Notes under the pieces: model-generated
Databases searched by the model: none
Told to the model about the DNA's origin: nothing
The model's input: only the letters and a program-made list of their open reading frames with translations
Position numbers and translations under genes: made by a program
Part shown: in pieces, positions 30,451-40,569 of the stretch
Layout: every line of letters begins with the position of its first letter
Position numbering within the stretch: the first letter of the stretch is position 1
Assembly (NCBI GenBank): GCA_964573055.1
Contig: CAZNIG010000018.1
Coordinates: 23,538 to 87,537, forward strand
Length of the DNA: 64,000 bases
Direction of reading: 5' to 3'
Source: an uncultured Dehalococcoidia bacterium
Lineage (GTDB): Bacteria > Chloroflexota > Dehalococcoidia > Lucifugimonadales > UBA2985

Positions 30451-30798
30451 ATGGCTAGGAAAGAACCTTTAGAACCCTATTATAGAATAGACACCTCAGA
30501 GGCCAAAGAGATGCTAGATAGTGGCAATAGTGCCGTTGTAATAGATGTCAGGAGACCTGATGAATGGGCAGCTGGTCATGTTCAAGGAGCAATGCACATA
30601 CCAGTAGATGACATTATGACTCGAATTGACGAGCTCCCAACCGACACCAATCTTCTCTTCATCTGCGCCCAAGGTGTTAGAAGTGGTTTGGCCTGCGAAT
30701 TCGCGTCGGCAATGGGATATTCCACCGACAGGCTATTCAACATAGAAGATGGAACTGCCCCGTGGATAGAGAAAGGTTACCCAACCGAACAAGGATAA
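30451..30798 (+). CDS. rhodanese-domain sulfurtransferase
   Basis: 115-aa single rhodanese domain with 'DVRRPDEWAAGHVQGA' and active-site loop 'CAQGVRS'. Confidence 0.8.
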   Translation: MARKEPLEPYYRIDTSEAKEMLDSGNSAVVIDVRRPDEWAAGHVQGAMHIPVDDIMTRIDELPTDTNLLFICAQGVRSGLACEFASAMGYSTDRLFNIEDGTAPWIEKGYPTEQG

Positions 30799-30854
30799 CT
30801 GCCCACATGAACTTGAAGTTTAAGTAATCTAATGGCCTGTGGAGAATAAGCAGC

Positions 30855-31832
30855 TTGAGAGACGTAATCGGTATTGGAAACGCCATAGTAGACATCCTAG
30901 CTTATCATGACGAGACGTTTCTAGAAGCACATAACCTTCGCAAGAGCCATATGGCTCTAGTCAACGAGCCCAAAGCAAATGAACTGCTGTCCTCAATAAA
31001 ATCCGCCAAGGAAGTACCCGGGGGCTCCGCCGCAAATACTTTGGCCGGACTGGCTTCTTTAGGTGGCACGGGCTCTTTTATTGGCAAGGTACAAGCAGAT
31101 CAATTAGGTGAAGGATTTACTAGGGGCTTGGGATCTGTAGGCATAGATTTTTCCACCACAAGATCTAGGAGTGGCGTCCCAACTGGGACCTCAATAGTGA
31201 TCGTCACAGACGACGGAGAACGGTCTATGGCCACATATTTAGGAGCTTGCCTAGAATTATCGCCTGACGACATTGACGAGCATACTATAAATGGCCATAA
31301 AGTAACCTATCTGGAAGGTTATATTTGGGATGGACACTTGGCAAAACAAGCCACTGAAAAAGCAGCCCAAATGGCTAAAGCGGACGGACAGAGGGTGGCG
31401 TTAACACTCTCAGATAGCCTCTGTGTAGATCGCCACCGGGATTCATTTGTGGAATTTGTAGCTAAGTATGTAGATTTACTATTCGCAAACGAAGACGAGA
31501 TACTGTCACTATATCAGTCGACGGACATTATGAAAGTGATAGACGAAGCACGACAAACCTGCAATATAATTGCTGTAACGCAGGGGGCTAAGGGATCCAT
31601 AATAGCTGAAAGAGATACCATACACTACATTAAAGCAGAGCCTCCAAATAGAGTCTTGGACACCACTGGTGCGGGAGACCTATACGCTGCAGGTTTCCTA
31701 TTTGGGCTAACCCACGGATTTGATGCTCCAAATAGCGGCCGTATCGGAGCAATCGCAGCCTCTGAAATCATTAGTCACCTTGGGGCAAGGCCAGAAACTG
31801 ATCTATCACACTTAATATCGCATTTGCAGTAA
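30855..31832 (+). CDS. PfkB-family kinase, probable adenosine kinase
   Basis: 325 aa with 'PGGSAANT' and 'DTTGAGDLYAAGFLFG' PfkB signatures. The adenosine specificity is inferred from the adjacent ahcY. Confidence 0.65.
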   Translation: MRDVIGIGNAIVDILAYHDETFLEAHNLRKSHMALVNEPKANELLSSIKSAKEVPGGSAANTLAGLASLGGTGSFIGKVQADQLGEGFTRGLGSVGIDFSTTRSRSGVPTGTSIVIVTDDGERSMATYLGACLELSPDDIDEHTINGHKVTYLEGYIWDGHLAKQATEKAAQMAKADGQRVALTLSDSLCVDRHRDSFVEFVAKYVDLLFANEDEILSLYQSTDIMKVIDEARQTCNIIAVTQGAKGSIIAERDTIHYIKAEPPNRVLDTTGAGDLYAAGFLFGLTHGFDAPNSGRIGAIAASEIISHLGARPETDLSHLISHLQ

Positions 31833-31946
31833 GATAACCATTCAGGGTAGACCAAACCTGGTAAATTCGTAACCTCAGCTAGACAAATCCGAGACAGATC
31901 GGATAATATTCTCGGGCCTGCGAATCAGTAACTGAATCCAAACTAA

Positions 31947-31976
31947 TTGGCAAGAGCCCTTACGACCAGCCATAAT
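31947..31976 (+). promoter_or_regulatory. candidate sigma70-type promoter for ahcY-metK (TTGGCA-18 nt-CATAAT)
   Basis: The -35 element is at 31947-31952 and the -10 at 31971-31976. It is the only good hexamer pair in the 260-nt spacer. Confidence 0.35.
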
Positions 31977-31993
31977 GGTGTATACTTTGCGAG

Positions 31994-32050
31994 TGTGGCA
32001 ATGAGTGGTGCCGCAAATCGCACGAGCGTGGTTTAGGACGCATTGCCACA
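31994..32050 (+). ncRNA. structured 5' leader element upstream of ahcY (class unknown)
   Basis: A perfect 10-bp closing stem TGTGGCAATG / CATTGCCACA encloses a 37-nt GC-rich interior. It lies between the candidate promoter and the SD AAGGAGG (32084-32090). Confidence 0.4.
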
Positions 32051-32092
32051 GAAAAAATAGCCAGAACCTAGACAATATGACTCAAGGAGGTC

Positions 32093-33367
32093 GTGGCCAG
32101 GATGGTATCCCAATCTGAAGGACACGTTAAGGACCCAGATTTAGCTAAGAAAGGGTTTCTCAGGATAGAGTACGCAGCGAGAGAGATGCAGGTTCTAAAC
32201 CTCATAAAGGAAGAATTCGCCTCTAGCAAGCCATTAGAAGGCATGCGCCTGAGTGGATGCCTCCACGTAACGACAGAAACTGCAAACTTGGCTTTAACCC
32301 TTCAGGCAGGCGGAGCCCAGGTAACCCTCTGCGCTAGCAATCCACTGAGTACCCAAGATGACGTAGCTGCCGCCCTTGTACAATATGGCATCCCTACATT
32401 TGCTATACACGGAGAAGACAACGCGACATACTATCAACACATCGGCTCAGCACTAAACCAAGGGCCGCATTTCACACTGGACGACGGAGCTGATTTAGTT
32501 ACGGTCCTCCACAAAGATCGAAGAGATCTTTTGCCCGGAGTAATAGCAGGAACAGAAGAAACCACCACTGGGGTAATACGCCTAAAAAGCATGGCCAAAG
32601 ACGGTAAACTCGAGTATCCAATAATAGCCGTCAACGAGGCTGACACTAAACACTTTTTCGACAACCGTTACGGAACTGGACAAAGCACTATCGACGGGAT
32701 AACGCGTGCCACCAACCTCCTGTGGGCCGGAAAGAAAGTCGTGGTATGTGGATACGGTTGGTGCGGACGTGGTATAGCCATGAGGGCCCGGGCTATGGGA
32801 GCCCTTGTAACAGTAACGGAAGTAGTTCCGGTAAGAGCACTTGAGGCAGTAATGGACGGCTACCAAGTGATGCCCATCCATCAGGCCTCTGCTATAGGAG
32901 ACGTATTTATTACCGCTACAGGAGACATAAACGTCATCGACAAAGCCGACCTAGAAGAGATGAAAGACGGGGCTATTCTGGCTAACAGCGGGCACTTCAA
33001 CGTAGAAATTAACATACCAGCCCTAGAAGACATGGCCACAAGTAGACGACACGTTAGACCATCAGTAGAAGAGTTCACCATCACAGACGGACGGAAAATA
33101 TACTTAATGGGAGAAGGCCGCCTCATTAATCTTGCAGCAGCAGAAGGGCATCCATCAAGTGTTATGGATATGAGCTTTGCTAATCAGGCACTGTCAATCG
33201 CTTATCTTGCAGGCCTAGAAAAACCGTTGGTAAATGACGTATACACGGTGCCAGAGGAAATAGACCAACGAGTCGCTAGATTGAAGCTAGAGTCACTTAA
33301 GGTTCAAATCGATACGTTGACCAGCGCTCAGGAATTGTACCTAGAAAGCTGGGAAGAAGGAACATAG
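32093..33367 (+). CDS. ahcY: adenosylhomocysteinase
   Basis: 424 aa with '[12 protein letters not shown]', 'DDGADL', 'NRYGTGQS' and NAD site '[10 protein letters not shown]'. The start is GTG 32093 or in-frame ATG 32102. Confidence 0.95.
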   Translation: MARMVSQSEGHVKDPDLAKKGFLRIEYAAREMQVLNLIKEEFASSKPLEGMRLSGCLHVTTETANLALTLQAGGAQVTLCASNPLSTQDDVAAALVQYGIPTFAIHGEDNATYYQHIGSALNQGPHFTLDDGADLVTVLHKDRRDLLPGVIAGTEETTTGVIRLKSMAKDGKLEYPIIAVNEADTKHFFDNRYGTGQSTIDGITRATNLLWAGKKVVVCGYGWCGRGIAMRARAMGALVTVTEVVPVRALEAVMDGYQVMPIHQASAIGDVFITATGDINVIDKADLEEMKDGAILANSGHFNVEINIPALEDMATSRRHVRPSVEEFTITDGRKIYLMGEGRLINLAAAEGHPSSVMDMSFANQALSIAYLAGLEKPLVNDVYTVPEEIDQRVARLKLESLKVQIDTLTSAQELYLESWEEGT

Positions 33368-33425
33368 CGAAGTACATAGCGCCTATTCATTTCCCTTTAA
33401 CCTATGAATACAAGGAGAGACGAAA

Positions 33426-34658
33426 ATGGGTTTTGAATTCACAGAATCGCCTTCTTACCTTTACACCTCTGAATCAGTAACAGAGGGTCACCCTGATAAG
33501 TTATGCGACCAGATATCTGACTCTATTTTGGATGCAATATTCAGCAAAGATCCACAAGCCCGAGTCGCATGCGAAACATGCGTGACGAATGGTCTGGTTA
33601 TGGTTATGGGCGAAATCACAACCAATACGTATATAGACGTCCAAAGAGTCATTCGCGAAACTATACATAACGCTGGTTACAGCGATCCCAACTACGGCTT
33701 CGACGCTAAAACATGCGGAGTATCCATATCCATACAGGAACAATCTGCAGATATTGCTTTAGGGGTGGATTCCTCGAAGGAAGTAAAAGAAAGAGATTTA
33801 CCTGACACAATCGACGAAGACCCGGACAAAATTGGCGCCGGAGACCAGGGTATGGTGGTAGGATTCGCCTGTAACGAGACACCTGAATTAATGCCCCTCT
33901 CAATTGACCTATCTCATAAGCTCTGCATGAGGCTTGCCTACCTCCGCAAAGAAGGGTTAATACCTTACTTACGGCCAGATGGAAAAGCCCAGGTTACAGT
34001 AGAATATTCTTACGGTATCCCAAAACGGATCGAGGCAGTTGTAGTAAGCACACAACATGCCCCAGAAGCATCCCAAGAAGTAATACGCGCAGACATTGAG
34101 GAGATGGTTATAAAACAGGTCGTGCCTCAAGCGTTGATAGATAGCAACACTAAGTTTTACGTCAATCCAACCGGTCGATTCGTGGTAGGTGGCCCAGTTG
34201 CTGATACTGGACTTACAGGCAGGAAAATACTAGTCGACACATACGGAGGAGTAGCAAGGCATGGGGGTGGAGCCTTTTCTGGTAAAGATCCTACAAAAAT
34301 TGATCGCTCTGCCGCATATATAGCCAGATATGCCGCCAAGAACGTCGTGGCGGCTGGGCTAGCAGACAGAGTGGAAATTCAAATCTCGTACGCTATAGGT
34401 ATGGCCAGGCCACTATCTGTGTCCGTAGAAACCTTCGGCACTGAACACATAGAGAACAACACAATTGTAGAACTGATAAACAAGCACTTTGACTTTCGCC
34501 CTGCGGCCATTATCAAAGATCTGAATCTCCGACGGCCTATTTATAAAGATACCGCATCATACGGCCACTTTGGCCGAGACGACATACAATTCCCATGGGA
34601 GCGTACGGACAAGGCTGACCTTCTAAGATCTGAAGCCGGCCTTAAATCTATCAAATAG
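33426..34658 (+). CDS. metK: S-adenosylmethionine synthetase
   Basis: 410 aa with '[18 protein letters not shown]', '[12 protein letters not shown]' and '[19 protein letters not shown]'. Confidence 0.95.
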   Translation: MGFEFTESPSYLYTSESVTEGHPDKLCDQISDSILDAIFSKDPQARVACETCVTNGLVMVMGEITTNTYIDVQRVIRETIHNAGYSDPNYGFDAKTCGVSISIQEQSADIALGVDSSKEVKERDLPDTIDEDPDKIGAGDQGMVVGFACNETPELMPLSIDLSHKLCMRLAYLRKEGLIPYLRPDGKAQVTVEYSYGIPKRIEAVVVSTQHAPEASQEVIRADIEEMVIKQVVPQALIDSNTKFYVNPTGRFVVGGPVADTGLTGRKILVDTYGGVARHGGGAFSGKDPTKIDRSAAYIARYAAKNVVAAGLADRVEIQISYAIGMARPLSVSVETFGTEHIENNTIVELINKHFDFRPAAIIKDLNLRRPIYKDTASYGHFGRDDIQFPWERTDKADLLRSEAGLKSIK

Positions 34659-34696
34659 CACAGCTAGGCCAAGGCGGCAAGAACGAGGTTTTCAAT

Positions 34697-35782
34697 ATGA
34701 AGGCGGTTATCCTTGCAGGGGGTGAAGGCACTCGGCTCCGCCCTTTGACCTGCAACATACCAAAGCCTATGGTACCGATCCTTAACCGACCTTTCCTAGA
34801 ACATATGCTGAGTCTACTAAGAGATCACTCAGTCCAAGAAGCTATTCTCGCAATCGGCTACCTACCTGACAAAATACAGAACGTCCTAGGCAGTGGAGAG
34901 AGACTGAACATACCTCTTTCATATGTGATCGAGGAAGAACCTTTGGGCACAGCAGGAGCCGTAAAGAACCTGGAAAATGCTCTTGGAAACGACAGTTTTT
35001 TCGTGCTTAATGGAGATATATTTACAGATATAGACCTAAACGCGATGGAAAAATTCCACCGCGATAAAGGATCTATGGTCACACTCTTCCTTACTCCTGT
35101 AGAAGATCCTTCTGCATTCGGCGTGGTAGAGACAGATGAAGCTGGTCGCGTACTACGCTTCTTAGAAAAACCTGCCCCGGGAGAAACAACCAGTAATTGG
35201 ATTAACGGAGGGATATACCTAATCGAACCAGAGGCTCTAGCCTACGCGCCACCATCAGAGCATTACATGTTTGAAAGAGGCCTATTCCCCAAATTATTAG
35301 AGGAGGGCGCATCAGTTTGGGGCTACAAAACCACTCCTTACTGGATAGACCTAGGTACCCCGAACAACTACAGGCAGATCCATCGTGATTTGCTTCTGAA
35401 AGACCCCCTCAAGCCTCAACGTATCGAACTAACCCAAAATACCACCGGATCTTTTGTAGATCAATCCTCCTCTATAATTGGTGATGTACTTCTAGGTGAA
35501 GGCTGCTCAATAGGGCCAAGAGTTGTTATCGAAGGCCCTGTTTGCTTAGGACCTATGTGCACTGTTGAAGAAGGAGCCTACATACATAATTCCATAGTGT
35601 GGAAAGAAACCACAATTGAGACCAGAGCAAAATTAACTGGATGCATATTGGGAGAAGGAGTCAGAATTGGTCAGCATGCCTCGATCAACGATGGCTGTAT
35701 CGTTGGAGATAATGTGAAAGTGGATGCGCACCAAGTACTAGATCCAAACACCATAGTATGGCCAGATACAACCAAACAATAA
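34697..35782 (+). CDS. NDP-sugar pyrophosphorylase (mannose-1-phosphate guanylyltransferase-like) with a C-terminal left-handed beta-helix
   Basis: 361 aa with 'AVILAGGEGTRLRPLT' and 'GTAGAV', plus hexapeptide repeats in the last ~110 aa. Confidence 0.7.
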   Translation: MKAVILAGGEGTRLRPLTCNIPKPMVPILNRPFLEHMLSLLRDHSVQEAILAIGYLPDKIQNVLGSGERLNIPLSYVIEEEPLGTAGAVKNLENALGNDSFFVLNGDIFTDIDLNAMEKFHRDKGSMVTLFLTPVEDPSAFGVVETDEAGRVLRFLEKPAPGETTSNWINGGIYLIEPEALAYAPPSEHYMFERGLFPKLLEEGASVWGYKTTPYWIDLGTPNNYRQIHRDLLLKDPLKPQRIELTQNTTGSFVDQSSSIIGDVLLGEGCSIGPRVVIEGPVCLGPMCTVEEGAYIHNSIVWKETTIETRAKLTGCILGEGVRIGQHASINDGCIVGDNVKVDAHQVLDPNTIVWPDTTKQ

Positions 35783-35827
35783 TATAACCAGATCAACACT
35801 CAAGCAAAAACTATTAAGAGAAATTTC

Positions 35828-37267
35828 ATGACCATAAAATTTGGAACAGATGGATGGAGAGGTATAATTGCCGACGACTTTACCTTCGATAATGTCCGTG
35901 CCTGCGCTCAAGGTACCAGCAACTATATTTTGCAAAACGGCCTAGGTAAATACGGCTTGGTAGTTGGATATGACACCCGGTTTGGATCTGCAGCTTTCGC
36001 CAAGTCAGTTGCCGAAGTAGCTGCCGGTAATGGTCTGACTACCTACCTGTCCATAGCACCAGCTCCAACGCCTGTAATGAGTTATAACATAGTAGCTCGT
36101 AGAGCAGGAGGAGCGGCTATAATTACCGCCAGCCACAACCCTTCCGAATGGAATGGCTTCAAATACAAACCAGAATATGCTGGTAGTGCATCTCCGGAAA
36201 TAGTAGCATCTTTAGAGAAATACATAAACGCCATATCCAGCATCAACCACGTTACTGCAATCCCTTGGCATGAAGCCTTGGCTACTGGTGTCGGACAGAA
36301 CATCGACCCTAAAGTGCCATACATGGAACACGTGGCAAATTTAGTGGATTTACGTAAGCTATCTAATGCAGGTCTCAAATTAAGTGTAGATGCGATGTAT
36401 GGAGCAGGAGCAGGATACATCCCTGCCTTGGTTGGAGGATCGAAAACAAATATTCAAGAAATTCACGAAAATCCGAATCCCCTATTCCCAGGAATGTCCC
36501 AGCCAGAACCCGCAGCCTCCAATTTAACAATGCTTACCGAAGCAGTTATTGCAAACAAATCTGACGCTGGATTGGCTCTAGACGGCGACGCAGACCGATT
36601 TGGATTAATAGATGAATACGGGACTTTCATAACCCCACTCCAAGTCTTCGCTATGCTGGCTTTGTACATGCTAGAGACCAAAGGCGAACGTGGCCCATTG
36701 GTAAAGTCAATAACTGCCACAAGTATGATCTATAAACTAGGGAAACTGTTCAATGTACCAGTTTATGAAACTCCTGTTGGGTTCAAATACATAGCGCCGG
36801 TTATGCAAGAACGCAACGCGTTGATGGGAGGAGAAGAAAGTGGCGGGTTTGGCTTCCGAGGTCATATACCCGAAAGAGATGGTATTCTTACTGGACTTTT
36901 CCTGATGGACATGATGATTACCACTGGTAAGAGGCCTTCAGAATTGCTGGATCACTTATTCGAAGTCGTAGGGCCACATTATTACTTGAGGCACGACGTA
37001 ACTTTTGACGCCGATAACCGAATCTCACTGCAGAATCGACTACGCGACATCAAAGCTTCCTCAATAAATGGCAAAAAAATAATAAACCAAGGCCTAATTG
37101 AAGAAGAAAACCAGATATCCGGGGCTAGATTCGTTTTAGAAGACGACTCTTGGGTAATACTTCGATTTTCCGGCACAGAACCTCTCCTACGTATTTACTC
37201 AGAAGGTGAAACCCCTGAAAAAGTAAGTGCTATTATTGAAGCGGCTAGAGCGTTACTAGGAGTCTAA
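35828..37267 (+). CDS. phosphomannomutase / phosphoglucomutase
   Basis: 479 aa with 'FGTDGWRG', catalytic 'TASHNPSEWNGFK', metal loop 'DGDADR' and 'GGEESGG'. Confidence 0.85.
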   Translation: MTIKFGTDGWRGIIADDFTFDNVRACAQGTSNYILQNGLGKYGLVVGYDTRFGSAAFAKSVAEVAAGNGLTTYLSIAPAPTPVMSYNIVARRAGGAAIITASHNPSEWNGFKYKPEYAGSASPEIVASLEKYINAISSINHVTAIPWHEALATGVGQNIDPKVPYMEHVANLVDLRKLSNAGLKLSVDAMYGAGAGYIPALVGGSKTNIQEIHENPNPLFPGMSQPEPAASNLTMLTEAVIANKSDAGLALDGDADRFGLIDEYGTFITPLQVFAMLALYMLETKGERGPLVKSITATSMIYKLGKLFNVPVYETPVGFKYIAPVMQERNALMGGEESGGFGFRGHIPERDGILTGLFLMDMMITTGKRPSELLDHLFEVVGPHYYLRHDVTFDADNRISLQNRLRDIKASSINGKKIINQGLIEEENQISGARFVLEDDSWVILRFSGTEPLLRIYSEGETPEKVSAIIEAARALLGV

Positions 37268-38367
37268 TGAAAGATATATCATATTACAGACTAGACGATC
37301 CAGTTACATACAAACAACTAGATCCAACATCATTCCAAGATAGATTAAGAAATTTACCAACGCAGTGTATGTTGGCCTGGTCTCAAGCTAGCAATCTCAA
37401 CATCCCTGCTGACTTTCAAAATGCCAAAAACGTACTCCTAGTGGGTATGGGAGGATCAGCAATAGGCGGTGAACTCATAAAAGATCTCGCTGCACTTGAA
37501 AATTCTCCAAACATAGAAGTCTGCCGTGACTACCAGATCCCTGCTCACATAAATAAGGAATCCCTAGTGATAGTTTCTAGTTACTCTGGCAACACAGACG
37601 AGTCCATCCAAGCCTTCCAGTCAGCTATGCAAAGAAAAGCACACGTACTTGCCATAACTGCAGGTGGTAGATTATACGACATCGCCACATCTGAAGGCGT
37701 ACCGCTCTTTAAGATAGACTATGTAGGAGAGCCTAGAACCGCACTTGGATACAGCTTCTTAACTCCTTTAGCGATTCTGCAAAATCTCAAAATTATTTCG
37801 CCGAAAGACCAAGATGTAGAAGAAGCCATTCGTATAGTAACCGATCTTTCTACGTGTCTCGCGCCAGACGTGCCTATCAACCAAAATCCCGCCAAGGAAT
37901 TGGCTACTAATTTGCATGGAAAACTAATCGTTATATTTGGTGGAGGCCTGTTCTCAGGAGTAGCCCGAAGATGGAAGACACAATTCAATGAAAACTCAAA
38001 AGCATGGGCGTTTTCAGAACTCTTACCAGATGCCGGCCACAATACTATAGTTGGTCTTAAATGGCCCAAGGCCATGAGTAGAAGGACATCGAGTGTTTTC
38101 TTGAATTCCCTAAGCCTCAACCATAGGATACGAGTAACATACCAAGTCCTAGGAGAATTTATCAAGAAATCTGGTGGCACGTACAACGTCATTGACGGCA
38201 TCGGTAAAGGGGCATTAGCTCAGATTCTGAGCGCTATCATGTTCGGGGATTACACCAGTTACTATCTTGCCCTCTTAAACGGCGAAGACCCTGCTCCTGT
38301 AACACCAATTGAGCACTTAAAGGACAGGCTGAGTCCGTATGACTCAATTAAACAACCCGGGTGGTAG
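37267..38367 (+). CDS. bifunctional phosphoglucose/phosphomannose isomerase (SIS domain)
   Basis: 366 aa with 'GMGGSAIGGEL' and 'VSSYSGNTDE' SIS motifs. Its start overlaps the preceding stop (TAATG). Confidence 0.65.
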   Translation: MKDISYYRLDDPVTYKQLDPTSFQDRLRNLPTQCMLAWSQASNLNIPADFQNAKNVLLVGMGGSAIGGELIKDLAALENSPNIEVCRDYQIPAHINKESLVIVSSYSGNTDESIQAFQSAMQRKAHVLAITAGGRLYDIATSEGVPLFKIDYVGEPRTALGYSFLTPLAILQNLKIISPKDQDVEEAIRIVTDLSTCLAPDVPINQNPAKELATNLHGKLIVIFGGGLFSGVARRWKTQFNENSKAWAFSELLPDAGHNTIVGLKWPKAMSRRTSSVFLNSLSLNHRIRVTYQVLGEFIKKSGGTYNVIDGIGKGALAQILSAIMFGDYTSYYLALLNGEDPAPVTPIEHLKDRLSPYDSIKQPGW

Positions 38368-38410
38368 TCTGTAAATCAAATCGTCGCTAATCTCTAGTAT
38401 GCAGCAATAT

Positions 38411-39286
38411 TTAGTTAGCATACTTTTTTACTACGGATAACAAGAAATTCATAAACTCCCCCCCAATGTCATCACGGCCCAAAGCTATCTCCACAGATGC
38501 CTTAAGAAGCCCAAGAGGGTTACCAACGTCGTGCCGTAGGCCGTTGTATTTTCTGGCATAAATTTTTTGGTTGGCTAACAATTCCAATATACCGTCTGTC
38601 AGTTGTATCTCTCCTAAAGCCCCAGGAGTTACAACACTAAGCGAATCGAATATTTCCGGGGTGAAGATGTACCTGCCTATTATAGCTAGGTTGGATGGAG
38701 CATGTGTAATTTTAGGTTTCTCCACAGCCGAATGTACAATATATAGGTCATCGTTTAACTGACTAGCAGATATTACGCCGTAATTCTCTACTTCATCCCA
38801 TCCGACCTCTTTCACCAATATAGTAGTCGCCCCATTATGATCGAAACTTTCTAGCATTTGACTCAAAACACCACTCTCGGTTTGCAGAATTTCATCTGGA
38901 AGCGCCACAAGGAAAGGCTCTCGGCCCACAGCTTCTGAAGCACACAGAACCGCATGCCCCAAACCGAGTTGTTCAGATTGATTCACGTAGCTAAATTCTA
39001 CAGAATCTGATAACTGACGTATCTGAGATGCCAAGCCATGCCTGCCCCTAGACTCGAGTAAATGCTCCAGTGCAGAGTCATGCTCAAAGTAATGCGATAT
39101 AGCCTCTTTCCCAACAGACGTGACTATAACTACCTGCTCTATTCCAGCCCCAGCGATCTCCTCTACTACATACTGCAGTGCAGCTCGATCCACAAGAGGC
39201 AGAAGCTCTTTAGGTACTGATTTCGTAACAGGTAGAAAACGAGTCCCAATTCCGGCGGCAGGAATTACCGCTTTTCGCACCTTCAT
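38411..39286 (-). CDS. galU: UTP--glucose-1-phosphate uridylyltransferase
   Basis: 291 aa with 'KAVIPAAGIGTRFLPVTKSVPKELLPLVD', 'GLGHAV' and 'GRYIFTPEIF'. Confidence 0.8.
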   Translation of the reverse strand: MKVRKAVIPAAGIGTRFLPVTKSVPKELLPLVDRAALQYVVEEIAGAGIEQVVIVTSVGKEAISHYFEHDSALEHLLESRGRHGLASQIRQLSDSVEFSYVNQSEQLGLGHAVLCASEAVGREPFLVALPDEILQTESGVLSQMLESFDHNGATTILVKEVGWDEVENYGVISASQLNDDLYIVHSAVEKPKITHAPSNLAIIGRYIFTPEIFDSLSVVTPGALGEIQLTDGILELLANQKIYARKYNGLRHDVGNPLGLLKASVEIALGRDDIGGEFMNFLLSVVKKYAN

Positions 39287-39453
39287 TACGCAAACCCCGT
39301 GATATGCTTCCTGTTATATGTATTCTTAGAGAGCCACTTGATCCCATATCTGGTGACAAGATAAGCAAACATCAATTTTAGCATTGAACCAACATTCAGC
39401 TTAGTCAGTTACTACCAATAATGCGGCACACACCCCCACTTCACCAGAAGGAG

Positions 39454-40569
39454 CTAGTCGAAAACTTGTAGGGTTTCATATTTTGTTGTACGTTGCGCAG
39501 GAGTGAATCCTGCGTCTTTAATCATAGCTTTCACATCATCAATCGTTGTGCGATTATAAAAACCAGCTTCTTGCATCACGTTTTCATCAAACAAGGTTCC
39601 CCCAAAATCATCTGCCCCGAAATTCAGAGCAACTTCACCTGTTTTCTTACCCTCAGAAAACCAAGAGGCTTGAATGTGGGAAACGTTATCCAAATAAATC
39701 CTAGCTAGAGCAATCATACGTAGGTAGGCGTTGGATCCTGACTCCTGTTTCACCAACTTAGCAAGAGGCGTGTCTCCGCGCTTATAGCTCCAAGGTATAA
39801 AAGCAGTAAACCCCTCGGATCCCGCAGATAGTGACTCATCCTGAAGCATTCTGGTGTGGTCAAGGTGCTCGATAATATCTTCTGGGCGTTCTACATGCCC
39901 ATACATCATGGTAGCAGTTGTTCTATAGCCTAACTTGTGCGCCTCGCGATGAACATCCACCCAATCTTCAACTGTACCCTTAGGCCACAATCGACTTAAG
40001 TTCCTCCTCACCCTATCAGATAAGACTTCCGATCCGCCGCCAGGTAAGGTTTCTTGCCCAGCATCTCTTAACTTCTCGAGTACTTGTGCTATAGAAAGTC
40101 CAGAGACTTCAGACATTTTCTTGATCTCCGGAGCCGAGAAAAAGTGTGGCAAAATATCTGGAAAACGCTTTCGGGTCTCTCGGACTAAATCTTCGTAGTA
40201 ATCCATCGGAAGCTTAGGATTCAATCCACCTTGAAGCAAGACTGTTGTGACTCCCTTTTGAGAAGCTTGACCTACCATTTCCATTATCTGCTCTACATCG
40301 TAAGTGTAAGCATCATCATCTTTCTCAGTGCGATAAAAAGCACAAAATGTACAGTACGCATCACAAATATTAGTGTAGTTAAGGTTAGTGTCAACAACAA
40401 ATGTCACGTTGCTTTCGGGGTTATGACGATATCGTATCGCCTGTGCAAGATTCCCAAGTTCTAGCAATGGAGCATTTTGCATCAGATACAGGCCTTCTTC
40501 CGAGCTTATCCTAGTCCCATCCAGTACCTTTGCCGTCAGATTTTCCATGTTGGGCGTAGCTTCAGTCAT
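39454..40569 (-). CDS. mqnC: radical-SAM futalosine-pathway enzyme, probably cyclic dehypoxanthinyl futalosine synthase
   Basis: 371 aa with radical-SAM 'CDAYCTFCAF', plus 'LLQGGLNP' and 'FSAPEI'. The MqnC versus MqnE assignment comes from remembered family motifs only. Confidence 0.6.
   Translation of the reverse strand: MTEATPNMENLTAKVLDGTRISSEEGLYLMQNAPLLELGNLAQAIRYRHNPESNVTFVVDTNLNYTNICDAYCTFCAFYRTEKDDDAYTYDVEQIMEMVGQASQKGVTTVLLQGGLNPKLPMDYYEDLVRETRKRFPDILPHFFSAPEIKKMSEVSGLSIAQVLEKLRDAGQETLPGGGSEVLSDRVRRNLSRLWPKGTVEDWVDVHREAHKLGYRTTATMMYGHVERPEDIIEHLDHTRMLQDESLSAGSEGFTAFIPWSYKRGDTPLAKLVKQESGSNAYLRMIALARIYLDNVSHIQASWFSEGKKTGEVALNFGADDFGGTLFDENVMQEAGFYNRTTIDDVKAMIKDAGFTPAQRTTKYETLQVFD

Noticed and set aside
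31994-32050. A classical SAH riboswitch (or SAM-I/II/IV/V, SAM-SAH) upstream of ahcY.
   Set aside because: The conserved cores I remember for these classes are not present (for example the SAH 'AGGCUC' and 'ACGGCGCUCA', the SAM-II/V 'AAAGCU', and the SAM-I kink-turn and 'GCCC...GGGC' features). I report it only as an unclassified structured leader.
31875-32075. A 66-aa minus-strand ORF in the adenosine kinase / ahcY spacer.
   Set aside because: It is Cys/Trp/Arg-rich, has no motif and no SD, and overlaps the candidate promoter and the large hairpin. A plus-strand leader RNA explains the region better.
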